A stretch of DNA of 64,000 nt from Octopus sinensis (GCF_006345805.1 NC_043007.1:65162001-65226000), one strand, 5' to 3'; shown: positions 1 through 15,051, numbered from the stretch's first letter. The notes: generated from the sequence alone by a model not told the origin. Numbers and translations are program-made.

Positions 1-254
1 AGCTTAGTTGAAAGTATAGCTGAATTGGGGTTATTAAGAAAAATACGTAGGTCAGTAATCCATACGGTACAGATGGTCACCCTGCATGGTGCAATAAAGT
101 ATCTGCGGACCCATTTTTGAAGATGTAAAGGATGACCAAAAGAATGCAAAAAATGTTTTAACGTTTATAATGGTTTTCATTTTTTTATTTTTTATTTTTC
201 TACATTACCCAGGGATAATGTTGGTTAATCACAATAACTGCAAAATATCCATTT

Positions 255-262
255 AGACAGAG

Positions 263-313
<51 letters not shown>

Positions 314-352
314 AGACACAGACACACAGACAGACACACACACATACACACA
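255..352. repeat. (CA)n microsatellite
   Basis: Directly visible dinucleotide run; explains ORF 253..486. Confidence 0.95.
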
Positions 353-1559
353 TACGTACGTACTTGCTTGCTCGCTCGCAAACATATTACAACTGTGCAA
401 TTATTGCTAAAAACATATATTTCGTGATAAATCAATAAAAAAATCCTTCTCAGACTTCCACAAAACTCAAAGGGATAAACTTCCAAGCAAATAAATAATG
501 AAATAACGATATCCCCGAGTGCCTTCTACACCGGAAGCTGCAGATTTTCTGTATCATCAGTATTGCAAATGGCGGAAATTAGCCTATGACATATCCCTCA
601 TTCTGTCAGAGTCACGTCAGCTATACTGTTTCGCTAATACATGCATGCACTCACACACCTACACTCTCACGCAAACACATGTAATATAGTTTATATATAT
701 ATATGTGAGTGTGTGTGTAGATGTTTATATACGAATAAATCTGTCTCTTTCCCTTTCTCTCTCTCCCCTTCTCTCTCTCTCACACTCACTTTCTCTTACT
801 CTACGTTTACTCATGCACGCACACACAAGCGTGCAAAAATACATACATATGGTCTATTATGTATGTAGATGTTTATATGCCTATAGATCTGTTTTTTTCT
901 CTCTGTTCACACATATACGCACACTCATACACCCGCGCGCATACGCACACACACACACACATGGACTATAAACTAATGGACACCTAGATCCAGAACTGAT
1001 ATATGAATCTGAGTGAGTTTTTTTCGTGCTTCTGAGCATAACATCAAAATTTACTTGTCTGTGGCATCATGCCAAAACAGAAAAATTAATGCTAACACAA
1101 ATTCACACACACACACACACACAAACAAACAATCATACTCAAGCAGACAAACACAAACACACACATACATACACACACGCGCGCGTGCATACACACACAT
1201 GTACTTAAACATATTTATGCGTGTATGTGTTGTGCATGTTCGTGTAATTTACGCGTGTTACAGCATATTGTTTTGGTGCCGCATTGAAAATCTGTTCTGG
1301 TATTGCAAATTAAATCATGGCATATTGTATATTGAAGGATTTATATTAACAGATCTTTCAGAAAATAGAAGTTGATATCGGTTTCAACATGATTTGAATT
1401 CGGAAACCATAGGAACGAAGATGAAAAGCTAGATGTTATATCATTCCACGTTTGGCATTCTCCCATCTGTACTTTGACATCACGTGTACTGTTATATTTG
1501 TAGAATAAGTAGGATTGTTGAGTGACACAAATGTAGAATACTGGTCTAAATGCTTAATA

Positions 1560-2760
1560 TATTTAGTTTATTTGATATAATTATTTTTCTAATTTCAAAA
1601 CATGGATTCCATCCAATTCAAGAGGACGTTAAAATATGTTCCAAGTGACAGACGAGTTAAAGCATAACATTCCAACAGATGTACTTCATAGAAGCTCCTG
1701 GTTATCTAATTCTTTACATTAAAGAAATCAATCAGGGACTTCACATTAACAGTTGCTGAAAACTTCATACCTCACCTGACTTCCTTTGCCCCGTCCTGGT
1801 CTCAAAACCTTTGACAGATTCCCTCCTTTCCCATGTATCTCTTGGAATCATCAAATTTCTGCAGCTTAACTAGAATATGAATATACATGCATTAGGCAAT
1901 ACAGGTAAGATACAGTGTATGAGAAAGTGCTTTTACACAGGCAGAAATCACATTATTTTCAATTCAATTAAATGACAAAGAATCAGTGATTTACTGGGTG
2001 ATTGAGTCAACTTTTCTCACCTAGAAATCAATGGACTTTAATCAATGATGAGATCTGTTAGTTTGGTTTAAAGGGTTTGGCCAAGGTAGGAAGGGGTTGT
2101 CCTGGCGCTTTCCAGGACTCTATAGATGTTAGGAGAAAGGCAGAAAGTTATTCTCTGAGTAAGAAATCTGAGTAGAATACTTAAAACAAAAATAGCTTAA
2201 TCTGTGCGGTAGAGTCGAAATAAATCCTCTCTTAGTTCTGGGTTAAATCCTACTAGAATCAACTTTACCTTTTATATCCACTGAGGATGATAAAATTAGT
2301 ACGAGACATGCACTGGTGTCGATTCCATAGAATATACTCCACATCGATAAACTTGTGGCCTCGAGCCAATGTAGGAAATCATTGTGAATATACACATTGG
2401 GCAACAAAGTTTCTTCAGTGCTGACGATTTGGCAGCAATAATTTTTCGGCTTCTTGCCAATCAACATCAGCATCTTGTAGAGCTTCTCGGAATATCTTAC
2501 GTTAGGTTTTTTTAAGCCTTCCTCATATTCTGTAAATCTACATTATGTGGAGAAACTACCGCATTGCGATCCCAAAGCGTCAAGGATTTGGTTAACGCAG
2601 AGTTTAAGCTCTTAGTCATAGTCAGTAACACTGTAACGGTAGACAGTGATACTGTATCGATATATTGCCATCTACGTGATCAGGCTTTATATAAAAATGT
2701 GATCGGGATAAGTACAATCTGCATTAAATCATCGATGAATAAGATCAAATTTCCATGAAC
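1560..2760 (-). mobile_element. Highly degenerate LINE reverse transcriptase remnant (CR1/L2-like)
   Basis: Minus-strand fragments LFIDDL (~2720-2745) and KIFREALQDADVDW (~2455-2500) resemble the INDL...DDTKIFR...LQxDL..L..W region of RT; many stops and frameshifts; boundaries approximate. Confidence 0.35.
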
Positions 2761-3070
2761 CTCAGATAATAGTCCTCCATGTTTCATAAACGTAGATTTT
2801 AGTGAATAAAACGATAGTTTTGCACAAGCGTCAACAGAATACAGGTAATTATAAGACATTGTTGATGCTGTTTAGCCTTAATTCAGGGATGATTGAACAG
2901 TCCTCAGAACAAAAGACCTCCAGCCATAGCCATGCCTATCTTTCTCTCGAGTACTGCATAAATAGGACCACATTATTTTTCCCTTTATAAGACGATAGGA
3001 TGTCATTTAAGCAGATTTAGCTAGCATTTATACCAGGCTACTACCTGTATCCTTCGGTATCCATAAAATT

Positions 3071-4420
3071 TCAGTATTCTTTCAAGTACTTAGAACCCGC
3101 CTGATAATCATTGCTGTCCTTAAGAATTAAGAGACAAACTTTTTGTAGGAGCTCTACAGGGCATTCTAATCCAATCTCCTTCAGCCATTTGTCTATATTT
3201 TGGATTACTATTCCCAACGCACCAATTATTTTAGGCAAAATTTCAAAATTTAAGAGATTGTATTTTTTTTTGTTCTTCTTCCTCTTTCTCTTCGATTCTT
3301 GAATCAACCTGGCATGACGGGTCAATTAGTAAGCAATTTTGCTTTTCCTAATCTATAATTGTTATATCGGTTCTACTATTTTCTAATTGCTTGTCTGTGT
3401 AAATAGGAAAGTCCCACAAGATCTTTCATTTCTCCGACTCCAATACTCCTTCGACTCGATGATTGTACCAAGCGTTTCTAGCTTCAAATCCCCATTTCTG
3501 GCAAAGCTTCCAGTGTAAAACTTTTACAACCTGGTCGTGCCACCATTTCTTATACTCCTCCTGTGCCAATTTGGGGCCTTCTCCCACAATATATGCCACT
3601 GTCTCGTTCCAAGCTCCACAGGCACTCCATTTTTCTGATATATTCTCTCCATATCTATTTTTTCTCAAGTTGTTTTTTTTTATCTCTTAATCTTGGGCTG
3701 CTACAATTACGCTCTTTGTTTCTTTTTTTAATTGCTCCTTTTTTAACCAAGCCCAGGATTTTGTTCCACATACGTCTTCAGTGGCTCTCCAAAATTGACT
3801 ATCCAGTGGTTTCTCTTCGCTCTGTCTGTTGTACTCTCTTTGTATTTCATTCTTGTCCCTTTTCTCCTATTGCATGCTTGATCATCTGTTCTTTCTTAAC
3901 TGCCTTTAGTTGTTTTTCTGTGCTGCCCTGTAAACACTCTACTAAACATCTTATTTCCATTTGTACATATTCTTCAACTGCTATTAAGCCTTTTCCACCC
4001 TGGTCTCTCTTCAAGTACAACCGGTTGATATCACCTTTCGAATGGTGGACTCCATACATTGTCAACAAAATTCTAGTTTTTCTGTTAAGTTTCTTTTTGT
4101 CATTTTTGGTCCAGTCTATAATTCCAAATCCATATCTGATTAAGGGTATTACTCTTGAATTTATTGCTTCGAACAAAATTTTTTTAATTCAGTTTTGACT
4201 GCAATAATTTTCTCAATCTCTTTGTGTACTCCATACTGGTAATTTGGTTCATTTCTTCGTCTGCTTCCAGTATTCTCAAGAAATTATACCACTGTCCTTT
4301 CTCAAGCACTTTCATTGGTTGCCCATTTGGATTTACAATTCCCTGGTTTCTTTCAAATCTTCGTTTCCTTTTCAAAATAGCGCACTTTTCTATCCCAAAG
4401 TCCATACCCACGTCATGTAG
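3071..4420 (-). mobile_element. R4/Dong-clade non-LTR retrotransposon, 3' half (RT C-terminus, CCHC knuckle, restriction-like endonuclease), frameshifted
   Basis: ORFs 4184..4411 (GMDFGIEKCAIL), 3847..4176 (AINSRVIPLIRYGFGIIDW; RLYLKRDQGGKGL), 3426..3668 (ETVAYIV..LAQEEYKKWWHDQV..LHWKLC), 3300-3425 (KILWDFPI.TD..IE.SRTDI), 3071..3325 (IIGALG..LQKVCLL); 5' end abuts (TAA)n. Confidence 0.9.
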
Positions 4421-4435
4421 ATAGCATGTTCAAGA

Positions 4436-4436
<1 letters not shown>

Positions 4437-4495
<59 letters not shown>

Positions 4496-4607
4496 GCCGG
4501 GTTTGACATTGCCTTTCATCCTTTCGGGGGTCGATAAAAAAAGTACTAGTCGAGCAACTTCCCCCACCCCCACCGAAATTTCAGACCTTGCGCCTATAGT
4601 AGAAAGG

Positions 4608-4675
<68 letters not shown>

Positions 4676-4786
4676 GCCGGGTTTGACATTGCCTTTCATC
4701 CTTTCGGGGGTCGATAAAAAAAGTTCTAGTCGAGCAACTTCCCCCACCCCCACCGAAATTCAGGCCTTGCGCCTATAGTAGAAAGG

Positions 4787-4840
<54 letters not shown>
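4437..4840 (+). repeat. Two tandem ~180-bp units: partial SINE (central domain plus tail) and (ATT)n
   Basis: 4494-4607 and 4674-4787 are near-identical (gcctttcatcctttcggggtcgataaa...gcgcctatagtagaaagg), each followed by (ATT)n. Confidence 0.9.
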
Positions 4841-4841
<1 letters not shown>

Positions 4842-4852
4842 TACAAAAACTA

Positions 4853-5130
4853 TTATATGCTAACTGCACTTGCAGACATGTTATCCTGAGATTTGATGAT
4901 GACAACACTCCTCAAATCCCAAAAATGTCTTTTTAGCATTTTTCCAAAAACAAGATTGTATTTTTCTGCGGGATTGGCAATACGTGTCTCAATACCGATA
5001 TCCTTTAGCCTCTTGTGTAGTAGTTTATGTGTTGTGTCGCGTGTGCCAGTTACCATGGCAACAGTTTCTACATTTGTGTTCCACAATCGCCTTTTCATTC
5101 TTTTGTATGGCAGATAATTTATTTTCACAA
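4853..5130 (-). mobile_element. R4/Dong-like LINE 3' terminal fragment
   Basis: RLWNTNVETVAMVTG...LKDIGIETRIA resembles the C-terminus after the RLE domain; ends in (TAA)n. Confidence 0.7.
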
Positions 5131-5480
5131 CGGTTTTAGCAAGCTAATAGAATGTTCTCAGTATGCTTGTCAGACGAATGAACACAATTACGAAAAGTGA
5201 TGAAGTTTTTTCTAAAAAAAAAGCTCTTATTTTCGCATTGCCCCCGAGTCTCCTCAAGCGCTCCAAAATCATTATTGTATGCTTTCTCGTAGTCTATTCA
5301 ACTAGCTGCTAAGTTTCTTAGTAACATACTATCTGTATACAACAAATGTGCAGTCACCTTTCTCTTCCTTCTCCATCCCTTTTGCTCTTCCTATACATGT
5401 ATTATGTGTGTGCGAGAAAGTACCCCCCACTCATACATACATACAAAAGACTGATTGAATAAGTTCCCGGCTTTAAAAAA

Positions 5481-5575
5481 AGTACTGGGGTTGTTTCATT
5501 CGACTAAAAATTATTCGAGGCGGTTACCTAGCATGGCTGTAGTCTGATAACTGAAAAAGTATAATATATAAAATA
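5481..5575 (+). mobile_element. 3' fragment of the CORE-type SINE
   Basis: agtactgggg...ggcggttacctagcatggctgtagtc...actgaaaaagt matches the tail of the copy at 20258-20734. Confidence 0.6.
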
Positions 5576-5579
5576 AAGA

Positions 5580-6800
5580 TGATTCATTTGCTATGAAGTT
5601 AGTTAGTAATTTCCAGAGCAATGGTTAGCATGAAATAAGCCTAACATTTCTTTATACCCTCGCCGTTTCTTTTTCCTTCTGTATGAACTTAGCCCTTCTT
5701 TTAGTCATCCATGCTGGTGTCCTATTTTATATACAGTCATTAAGAAACGGTTGATTATAGCTATGTATGCTTGAGAGATTTTACGCCGGAATACCAGGAT
5801 ACATCGTGTCCAACTGCTTTACAATTTGATATCTTTTAAGTATCTTTTCACTTTCGCTTCTGCAATATTTGTATTATTTTGTCTTGATCTATACTCCATT
5901 TTACTTTTAAATTTTTGCAACCAATTCACTTCCCTGGTATGTTGATCATCTTTACTCCAAATATCTTAACAAAAGTTCCTTGCTGTTTCAGCACTAGCCG
6001 TATCAATCCCCTGATGCTAATGGCTGTTCATTGCTGTCCACTGTTGATCATTATTGTTCATTGCTGTTCACTGTTGTTCATTGCTGTTTCAGCACTTGCC
6101 TTATCATTCTCATTGTTTAGCTGTGGGTAAAATTTCTTTGCATTGTTTCTGGAATGTCTGCAGATACTGATTTGTGTTTTCCTTTTGTTTCTAGGTTTTA
6201 TTTTACCTGATTTTCCCATAAATATTTTGCTGTATCTCTCTATTAGTCACTTCTAACTGACCGTAGCTGATGTTGCACTTTCTTTGGAACCCAGTCCTTA
6301 ATCTTTTCTTGCAGCATTCATCTTTCTAAGATCTTTACTGAGCTGATCAATTTGATTCACAAATCCCTTTTTTTCCCCAAAAAGTATATCCCCGTCGTTT
6401 ATTTACTTGAATTTAACCCAAGAACGTCAACGACAACTGAATCTGTGTGGTGTGTGAGGTCATTTACATCTCTTATATTCTCAGCTTTGAACTTCATTAA
6501 TAGCTTATCAAGTCTCTTTACTTTAGACGGTTTTTCAGTTTCGATTTCTCTCAAACCCGTAATCTTGTTCTTTCAAAATAGTGTCTCAATTTAAGTAAGT
6601 TCCTTTCCTCTTCTTTAATATCCTTTCCTTCCATGGAGTTAAACATGTTTCGATCCATATTGCTATTATTCTCCTTCTCATGATTCATTGATAATTCATT
6701 GATTTTCTGCTATTTTTTGTTCAATTTCCAATTCTACGTTGCTATTTTCTTCCTTTTTCACTGTTATGAAGATCTTTTCCAGCTCCAACTGGGATAGGCA
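5580..6800 (-). mobile_element. R4/Dong-clade LINE, N-terminal RT region, degenerate
   Basis: Minus-strand KISNCKAVGHD (cf. NWKAPGHD), TPAWMTK, NVRLISC*PLLWKLLTNFIANE (cf. NYRPITCLPLMWKLLT); possibly the same element as 3071-4420; upper boundary approximate. Confidence 0.7.
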
Positions 6801-7134
6801 CTGTACAGTCCACTTTGTACTACTACTACTATAATATTATCTACTGTAGAACAGTTCTTTAGGTTGCTGTTTTACTAAGGATCGGTCATGATTCAACAAA
6901 TATACATGATCAATATTTTTTCAAATGTGAACATCTCGTCTCTCATTTCGGCACTGTGCATCGAGAACTACAGCATCGCTTGTGAGACTTTGCTTTTCAG
7001 ATGACGTATATTTGTCGGAGACTCTTGGAGCAGGTCTGACGACTGTGTAGCGTACTGTTACCTGCCACGAGGCCTTCATAACCGATACTGTACTGTGTAG
7101 TATAGGGTAAAGTATTACAGAATATAACAGCTAT

Positions 7135-8291
<1,157 letters not shown>

Positions 8292-8483
8292 ATGCAGCAG
8301 CCCAGCATCAATCGACCTTACCATCCCGCTGCTAATTGATGTCACCTCTTCATCTCCGTCTCCTTCTTCACTCTACCTCCCACTCCTCCCCTTCTCTAAT
8401 CATATTCCAGTCAATAGATTACTTCGTCTAGAATGTATGTCAAAATTGCGTGTCTATGTGCATGTGCATGTTAGTCTATGTAA

Positions 8484-8563
<80 letters not shown>

Positions 8564-9127
8564 GTGTGTGTGTTTAGAAGGCTGCCAATACGCAAATACA
8601 TAGATATATACAGATACACAAAACCACCTCTGCTACTGTTATAACATTGATTTGTACTAAAGCTTTCGGTTGTTCCTATATATAACTGATGACGTATATC
8701 TAAGCACTTCTCCACCCCCACTCGCTTTTGTCTGTCTTTCTGTCTATGTGTCTGTCTTTCATTCTCTCTCTCTCGTTATTTCTCTGTCAAATATACATAA
8801 ATGCACGCATGCACACACGCACATACACACACACACACACACACACATACGAAAATATCAGTCTCCATAGAAAAAAATATGTATGAATTAGTGTGTGTGT
8901 GTGTATATATATTTGGAGGTGTTTGTGTATGTATATTTACATGTGTGTGTATGTATATATAATATATATTTACATATAATTCGAGAGTGTATATATATAC
9001 ACAAACACATACACGCACAGACACAGACACGCTCACTCACACACACACATACATACACGCGTGTGTGTGTGTCTGAGTGTGTGTGTATGTATGTATGTAT
9101 GTATGTATGTATGTATGTATATATATA

Positions 9128-9309
9128 TTTTTTTTTTTTCCCTGTCTTCCCTTCTCGGGATCTTTCCTTCTCCTATGTTTCCGACGAAGAGCTCCGCTCG
9201 AAACGTCAGACCCTCCTTCTTCCCTTCTTTCCTGAGCGTCCAATAATACTTTATTTGTTCCACGTCCTTGCGTTGTTGTTTTTTTGTTTTTGTTTTCTTG
9301 TTTGGATTA

Positions 9310-9313
<4 letters not shown>
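9128..9313 (+). mobile_element. Penelope-like pLTR/retrozyme-type fragment embedded in (TA)n
   Basis: ~185-bp cassette flanked on both sides by (TA)n and containing a minimal hammerhead core. Confidence 0.6.
9177..9211 (+). ncRNA. Minimal type I hammerhead ribozyme-like motif
   Basis: GTTT-CCGACGA-A-GAGC tcc GCTC-GAAA-CGTC-AGAC: stem I GTTT/AGAC, stem II GAGC/GCTC, palindromic loopless stem III (ACGT), cleavage triplet GTC ending 9207; U4C core variant. Confidence 0.7.
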
Positions 9314-9368
<55 letters not shown>

Positions 9369-9960
9369 TGTACTTCTTGGTGCGTCTTGCCACTATCAAA
9401 CTTTCTCTATATCACACCCGCGTTCTGTCCGTTTCGCTGTCTCTGTCTGCCTGCCTGCCTGTCTATCTCTCGAATTTTCTCCCGTTTTCGAGGATACGTT
9501 ATTATCCTGTTTCTATTCAAATGTTTCTACATTTATCCGTCTGCCTCTCTCTTTTACTCCCTCTTTCTCCTTATACGTGTCCTTGGCTTTTTCCTACTTT
9601 CACTTTCCAAATGATACTTCTCCCCATCTCCATTGCCATTAATCTCTTATGGTTTATTTCCACTCTTCTCTCTCCCTCTCATTCTCTCTCTACTTTTTTC
9701 TCTTGCACTCTCACTTTCTCTATGTCTATATGTCAATATATAACTGCTTCCCTCTTTCCATCTGTCTGTTTCTCGGCCTCTCACGCTTTCTCCTCTTTAT
9801 CCTTCTCATATCTCCCCCCCCTCTCTCTCTCTCTCTGTATGTGTGTGTGTATCTATATTCTATATCTGTATATATATGTATGTGTGTATTTCAATCTATC
9901 TTTATATCGCTCCTTCTAACTACAACTCTTTCCCATTCTTCTGTGTGTGTGTGTGTTTGC

Positions 9961-10122
9961 GTGTGTGCGCGTTCGCGCGCGTGTCTCTCAGTGTATCCTT
10001 TACCTTAATAGCTAAAACAACCATTCTATTTGTGTGGGCCTATCGTTTTGTCTCACCACCAGCCTCCTTGTTCGCCATTGATTTTCGGTCTTCCTCACCT
10101 AGGTCCTACCTACCTATCTATA

Positions 10123-10156
<34 letters not shown>

Positions 10157-10345
10157 ATCTATCTATCTATCTATCTCATCTATCTATCTGTGTGCGCGTT
10201 CGCGCGCGTGTCTCTCATGTATCCTCTTTACCTTAATAGCTAAAACAACCCATTCTATTTGTGTGATTTTTTGCCTATCGTTTTTCTCACCAAGCCTCCT
10301 TGTTCGCCATTGATTTTTCGGTCATTTTCACTAGGTCCTACCTAC

Positions 10346-10418
<73 letters not shown>
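9961..10418. repeat. Tandem duplication of a ~230-bp unit ending in (TATC)n
   Basis: gtgtgcgcgttcgcgcgcgtgtctctca...ctaggtcctacctacc present near 9961 and again near 10190. Confidence 0.9.
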
Positions 10419-10505
10419 GTCCCCTGTCTGTCTGTCTGTCTGCCTGCCTGTCCTGCCTGCCTGTATGCTGCCTGCCTGTCTGCCTGTCTGTCGTTGCTCT
10501 CTCTG

Positions 10506-10539
<34 letters not shown>

Positions 10540-11084
10540 TATATATATATTCTATATATATATATGTGTTGTGTGTATATATGTGTTTATATACATATAT
10601 ATATATGGATGGATAGATAGATGTATACATACACACACATACATATATATATGAATATACATACAATACATGTATATATATATATATATATATATGTATG
10701 CATGTATGTGTGTGTGTGTGTGTGTGTATGCATTTATTTATCTTTCAAGCTACTACTTACTCATCCAGCTGGTTTAGCTATTGTATTGCGTACACTGCAT
10801 AGCATTCACTGGGTGTACACAAATGCATATACACGCAACACACGTACACACACATAGACACAAACATAGATATATATACACGCATACATAAATGTGTCTG
10901 TATGTGTGTGTGTGTGTATGTGTGTGTATGTGTGCATGTGTGTGTGTGTGTCTGTGTGTGTAATGTACAGAGCAGTTTTTCTCCTCCTCTGCAGTATATC
11001 CATCGATTCATGGCAAGTCGCTAGCGTAATTTTACGATTCATTCACAATATGTCACGAACTACTACTATTCCACACTATAACTA

Positions 11085-11340
11085 CAACTAAACTATAAAC
11101 TTGCATATAGTACACTACAATGATGTACCCTACACTACAACACTAACTAAACAACATATACAGTACAATTCTGTTCTACACTGCAACTAAAATACATACT
11201 AACATATACTACACATCACTGGTCTACTCTACAAGTAAACTACACGCATATACCATACGTTACTGTTCTACACTACTATTGCAACTAAACTACACAGTAA
11301 TAATATTACACTACAGTAATTTACTCTAGAAACTAGACAT
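11085..11340. repeat. Degenerate (ACTAC)n pentanucleotide repeat
   Basis: Recurrent actac/acaac/aatac units. Confidence 0.7.
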
Positions 11341-13039
11341 AACATGTGAACAAGCTAGTCTCCATATGATTTCTTGATCTGCTACAATTAGCGGATATAA
11401 ACGCTTAAAGAAGGTACGATAAACTAAAGTAAAACAGGCCTAAAAGATGATGATATGGTGACGGCGGGAATAAGTTTGCTCATGAACCAAACTCACTATG
11501 GAACGATATTGAAGACCAGACATAATGAAATTTTTTTTTATTGTAATGATACAAGTTCGAATTTTACGCATTCAGTGACTATGGCTATGAAAACTAATCG
11601 AAGACTAATGGAAATCTTCGACATAAATAAATGCTTCAAAACAAAAATAAAAACATATAAAGTATGGTATTTGCACGAGTTTCTCTACACTCTATCGATC
11701 ACAATTGCTATTTCGTTAAACAAGAACAGTTGTATCAGAAACAATACGACAGCAGCAACAACAACAACAACACGCAGCAACAACTGCAACAGCAACAGCA
11801 TTAATAGCAGTAGCAACAACAACATTAACAATACATCGTCCACGAGCCAGACAGAGAACCACTATAAACTGTTAGTAATAGTCAAATCTTCTTCAAATAT
11901 GCACTTTAGATATTATGTTGTATTATGCATGGCCGCGGCCTTCGGGCAAAAACATTTTTAAGGATTTAAGGATTTAAGGATACTACATCTGAATATGAGA
12001 TGGGGCGGTGCGAACGATCAAAAACTGGTGGTAAACCTTAAAAGTCTTTTCGAAAGTAATCATTTTAAAGAGAGCATTTTATGAACTAAAGTTTATTTCA
12101 AAGGAACCTTACCAATAAAATTGTGAGTTGAATGCAAAGGAATTACCACTCAAATGCCAAAAAGGACTTTAGTGACAAGCATAGCCAGTGACAAGCATAG
12201 CTCCAGTTTGACCAATGTCTACTGATTGGAAATCCGTAACCGTGCGAAGGCTCATCGTTTCGATCAACCAAATAACCTGCTGCTGGATTAAAGGGTAATG
12301 GGCTGAGCGTTCCAAAGATATGGGTGATCTTTACGTAATACTGAGGCAGAATTTAGAATGACAAGCCGGTACCTTTTGAATTATAGATATAATCCTCTCG
12401 ACGACTTCAACCTAATTCGCCTACCTAATGCCCTTTATAAGGTATGGCTCTGAATGTAAAGAGAATAAAATGTTTTCCCGGCAATCTAACGCTTCTGCAA
12501 GCTCGCCGCTCCCAACCCTTTTTGATAATGGTTTTAAATTACGGCACAAGGTCAGCACTTTTTATTGGAAGGGGTTAGTCGAAACCATCGACTTCAGTAC
12601 TTGTCTGATACTTTATTTTATCGATTCCCAAAGGAAGAAAGGTAAAGCTGACCTCTGCGGGATTTAAAAAACACAGTTAGTTATAGTGAATTAAAGCGAT
12701 CGATCTAGCAAAAACCTGAGTATTTGTCATCACCTTTCGACTATGAAACAGTTCACTACTTGATTTAGAGGACGCAGGCTTAATATTAATTAATAAGTGT
12801 CAAGAGAACGTGAGTCATATCTTAACTACTTCAGCAGCGGCACTTATCAAGGACACCATCAGGACTAATCATGTAGAGTATAAAAGCAGAAGAGCTATTT
12901 ATGTAGGGGAGGCTTTTGAGTCTCCCCTACATTATTATCCACAAATGTATAGAATGCTTGTACTTGTTTCTTGAATGTTTTCAACAATACTTCTTTTAAT
13001 TACATATATACATGTGTATATATATATATATATATATGT

Positions 13040-13084
<45 letters not shown>

Positions 13085-13087
13085 ATG

Positions 13088-13142
<55 letters not shown>

Positions 13143-13171
13143 TTGTCAATTGTGGAACACGACTATCACTA

Positions 13172-13210
13172 CATACCCTGATGATTGTGTAACGCATGAA
13201 AATACTAGTT
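13172..13210 (+). ncRNA. Degenerate hammerhead-like core in a (TA)n-adjacent cassette
   Basis: CTGATGA (13178-13184), TGTG taa CGCA stem II, GAAA (13198-13201), offset ACTAGT palindrome; stem I partner missing. Confidence 0.4.
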
Positions 13211-13382
13211 TATTTAATATTGTAAAATTATAAAATTGTAAAATAGTAAAATTATAAAATTGCATATACTACAACGTGAAAATCAGACTAAGTTGGAATT
13301 TCATTGATTAATATATATATGTTATATATACACACACACACACACACGCACGCACCACACACACACATACACACATACATAC

Positions 13383-13436
<54 letters not shown>

Positions 13437-13694
13437 GTATACATGCATCTTTAAATTCTTTTCTGTCACAGTCCAAAGGTTGTGGTCATACTGGAGCACA
13501 GCTAGTGTCATCAACTTTTCAGTGGTCATTCTTATGCAACTGGATTTTGGTGAAGGTTGTTCAATATAGCTGTCCTCATTTGAATGTCTTGCCGTGATAT
13601 AGGTTCACCTGAGACCTTGAACAACAGGGCATCAAGTTAATTCTAGAAAACACGCACGCACACACACACACACACACACATGCACACAAACACA

Positions 13695-13739
<45 letters not shown>

Positions 13740-14261
13740 GCACATATATGAATACAAGATCAAGACGTGCTCCTGCACATTCCGACAAGCAAAATTCATT
13801 TACAAGATGTAACTTGAGGCGGTGGGATTGAGCACAGAGCCATTAGGCGTCGCGATGTGAACTCCTTATTCGCACAATCATACAAGAGTCAATTCACTCG
13901 TCGCTACCCTTTGCCTCTTAAAAAAAAAAAAGAGTCTCCGATCTTTTCCAAGGGCATGAAATAATTATCATAATCAGTCGATATAGCTGGAACAGACTAT
14001 GAAAACGGGAAGGGAGGCATCAGAGCGCGTTGATTATCGAAAGTCTATGTCTTCAACTCTCAAACGCAGGAAATTCTCCTTATGCTGCTATTTATCACTT
14101 ACTAATTCTTTTTTTAACTTACCGCCCACGTTACTCGAACCTTCCACCCACAGGCCATTTTTTTTTACGTACAATAGAATGAAGAACATTGCAATTAATC
14201 CTATCGCCCAACACCAGGCCAACAGCCAAAATTACTAATCAAACTATTTTCGTACTGCTGT

Positions 14262-14421
14262 ATCATCATCATCATCACCATCCTCTTCATCATCACCATC
14301 CTCCTCATCATCATCACTGTCATAGTGTTTCTTCTTCTTCTTCTTCTTCTTCTTCTTTTCTTCTTCTTCTTCTTCTTCTTCTTCTTCTTCTTCTTCTTCT
14401 CCTTCCTCTTCTTCTTACTCC

Positions 14422-14481
<60 letters not shown>

Positions 14482-14491
14482 TTTCTATCTA

Positions 14492-14570
<79 letters not shown>

Positions 14571-14672
14571 ATGTCTATCTATCTAGCTAGCTAGCTAGCT
14601 AGCTAGCTATCTAGCTAGGTACCTTGCTAACCATCCATCCGTCCATCCATCCATCTATCCATCCATCCATCC
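14262..14672. repeat. (CAT)n, (TTC)n, (TATC)n, (CTAG)n, (CCAT)n microsatellite series
   Basis: Directly visible. Confidence 0.95.
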
Positions 14673-15051
14673 AACCAGCTGCCCCTTCCTCTGTATAAAT
14701 GACGTTTTCTTGCCAGACGTATAAAACTTACTCTTCTTTTTGGACGAAAAATACCGTTTGGCTTTCGATCAGTTATGTGTGTTGTTATTTCTTCTTGCGT
14801 ATGTGTACGAATGAACTTAGAGATGAAATCTTCTATATATGTTCGTGTTATTTACTGTGAGTCTGCGTATATGTGTGTGGATGAGCGTTTTTATACTGTA
14901 TTTTGAAGCTTTGAACATTTCTATTATGTCGTCGCATCATCGATTCTACACAAAATTATTACATTAGGTTATACTTACAATATATACACACATGTTCACT
15001 AATATACATTCCCATTTATATACCCATACATAAGCATGTTTAGACAGAATA

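Noticed and set aside
61-84. hAT-like terminus ggtcaccctg
   Set aside because: Partner terminus would lie outside the window; cannot be supported
3563-4198. 211-aa plus-strand ORF
   Set aside because: Antisense shadow of the R4/Dong RT
4437-4840. CRISPR-like repeat-spacer pattern
   Set aside because: Units are SINE fragments, spacers are microsatellites, context is eukaryotic, and there are no cas genes
11455-11961. 168-aa ORF with T/N/S runs
   Set aside because: No recognisable domain or splice support; length aided by (CAA/CAG)n
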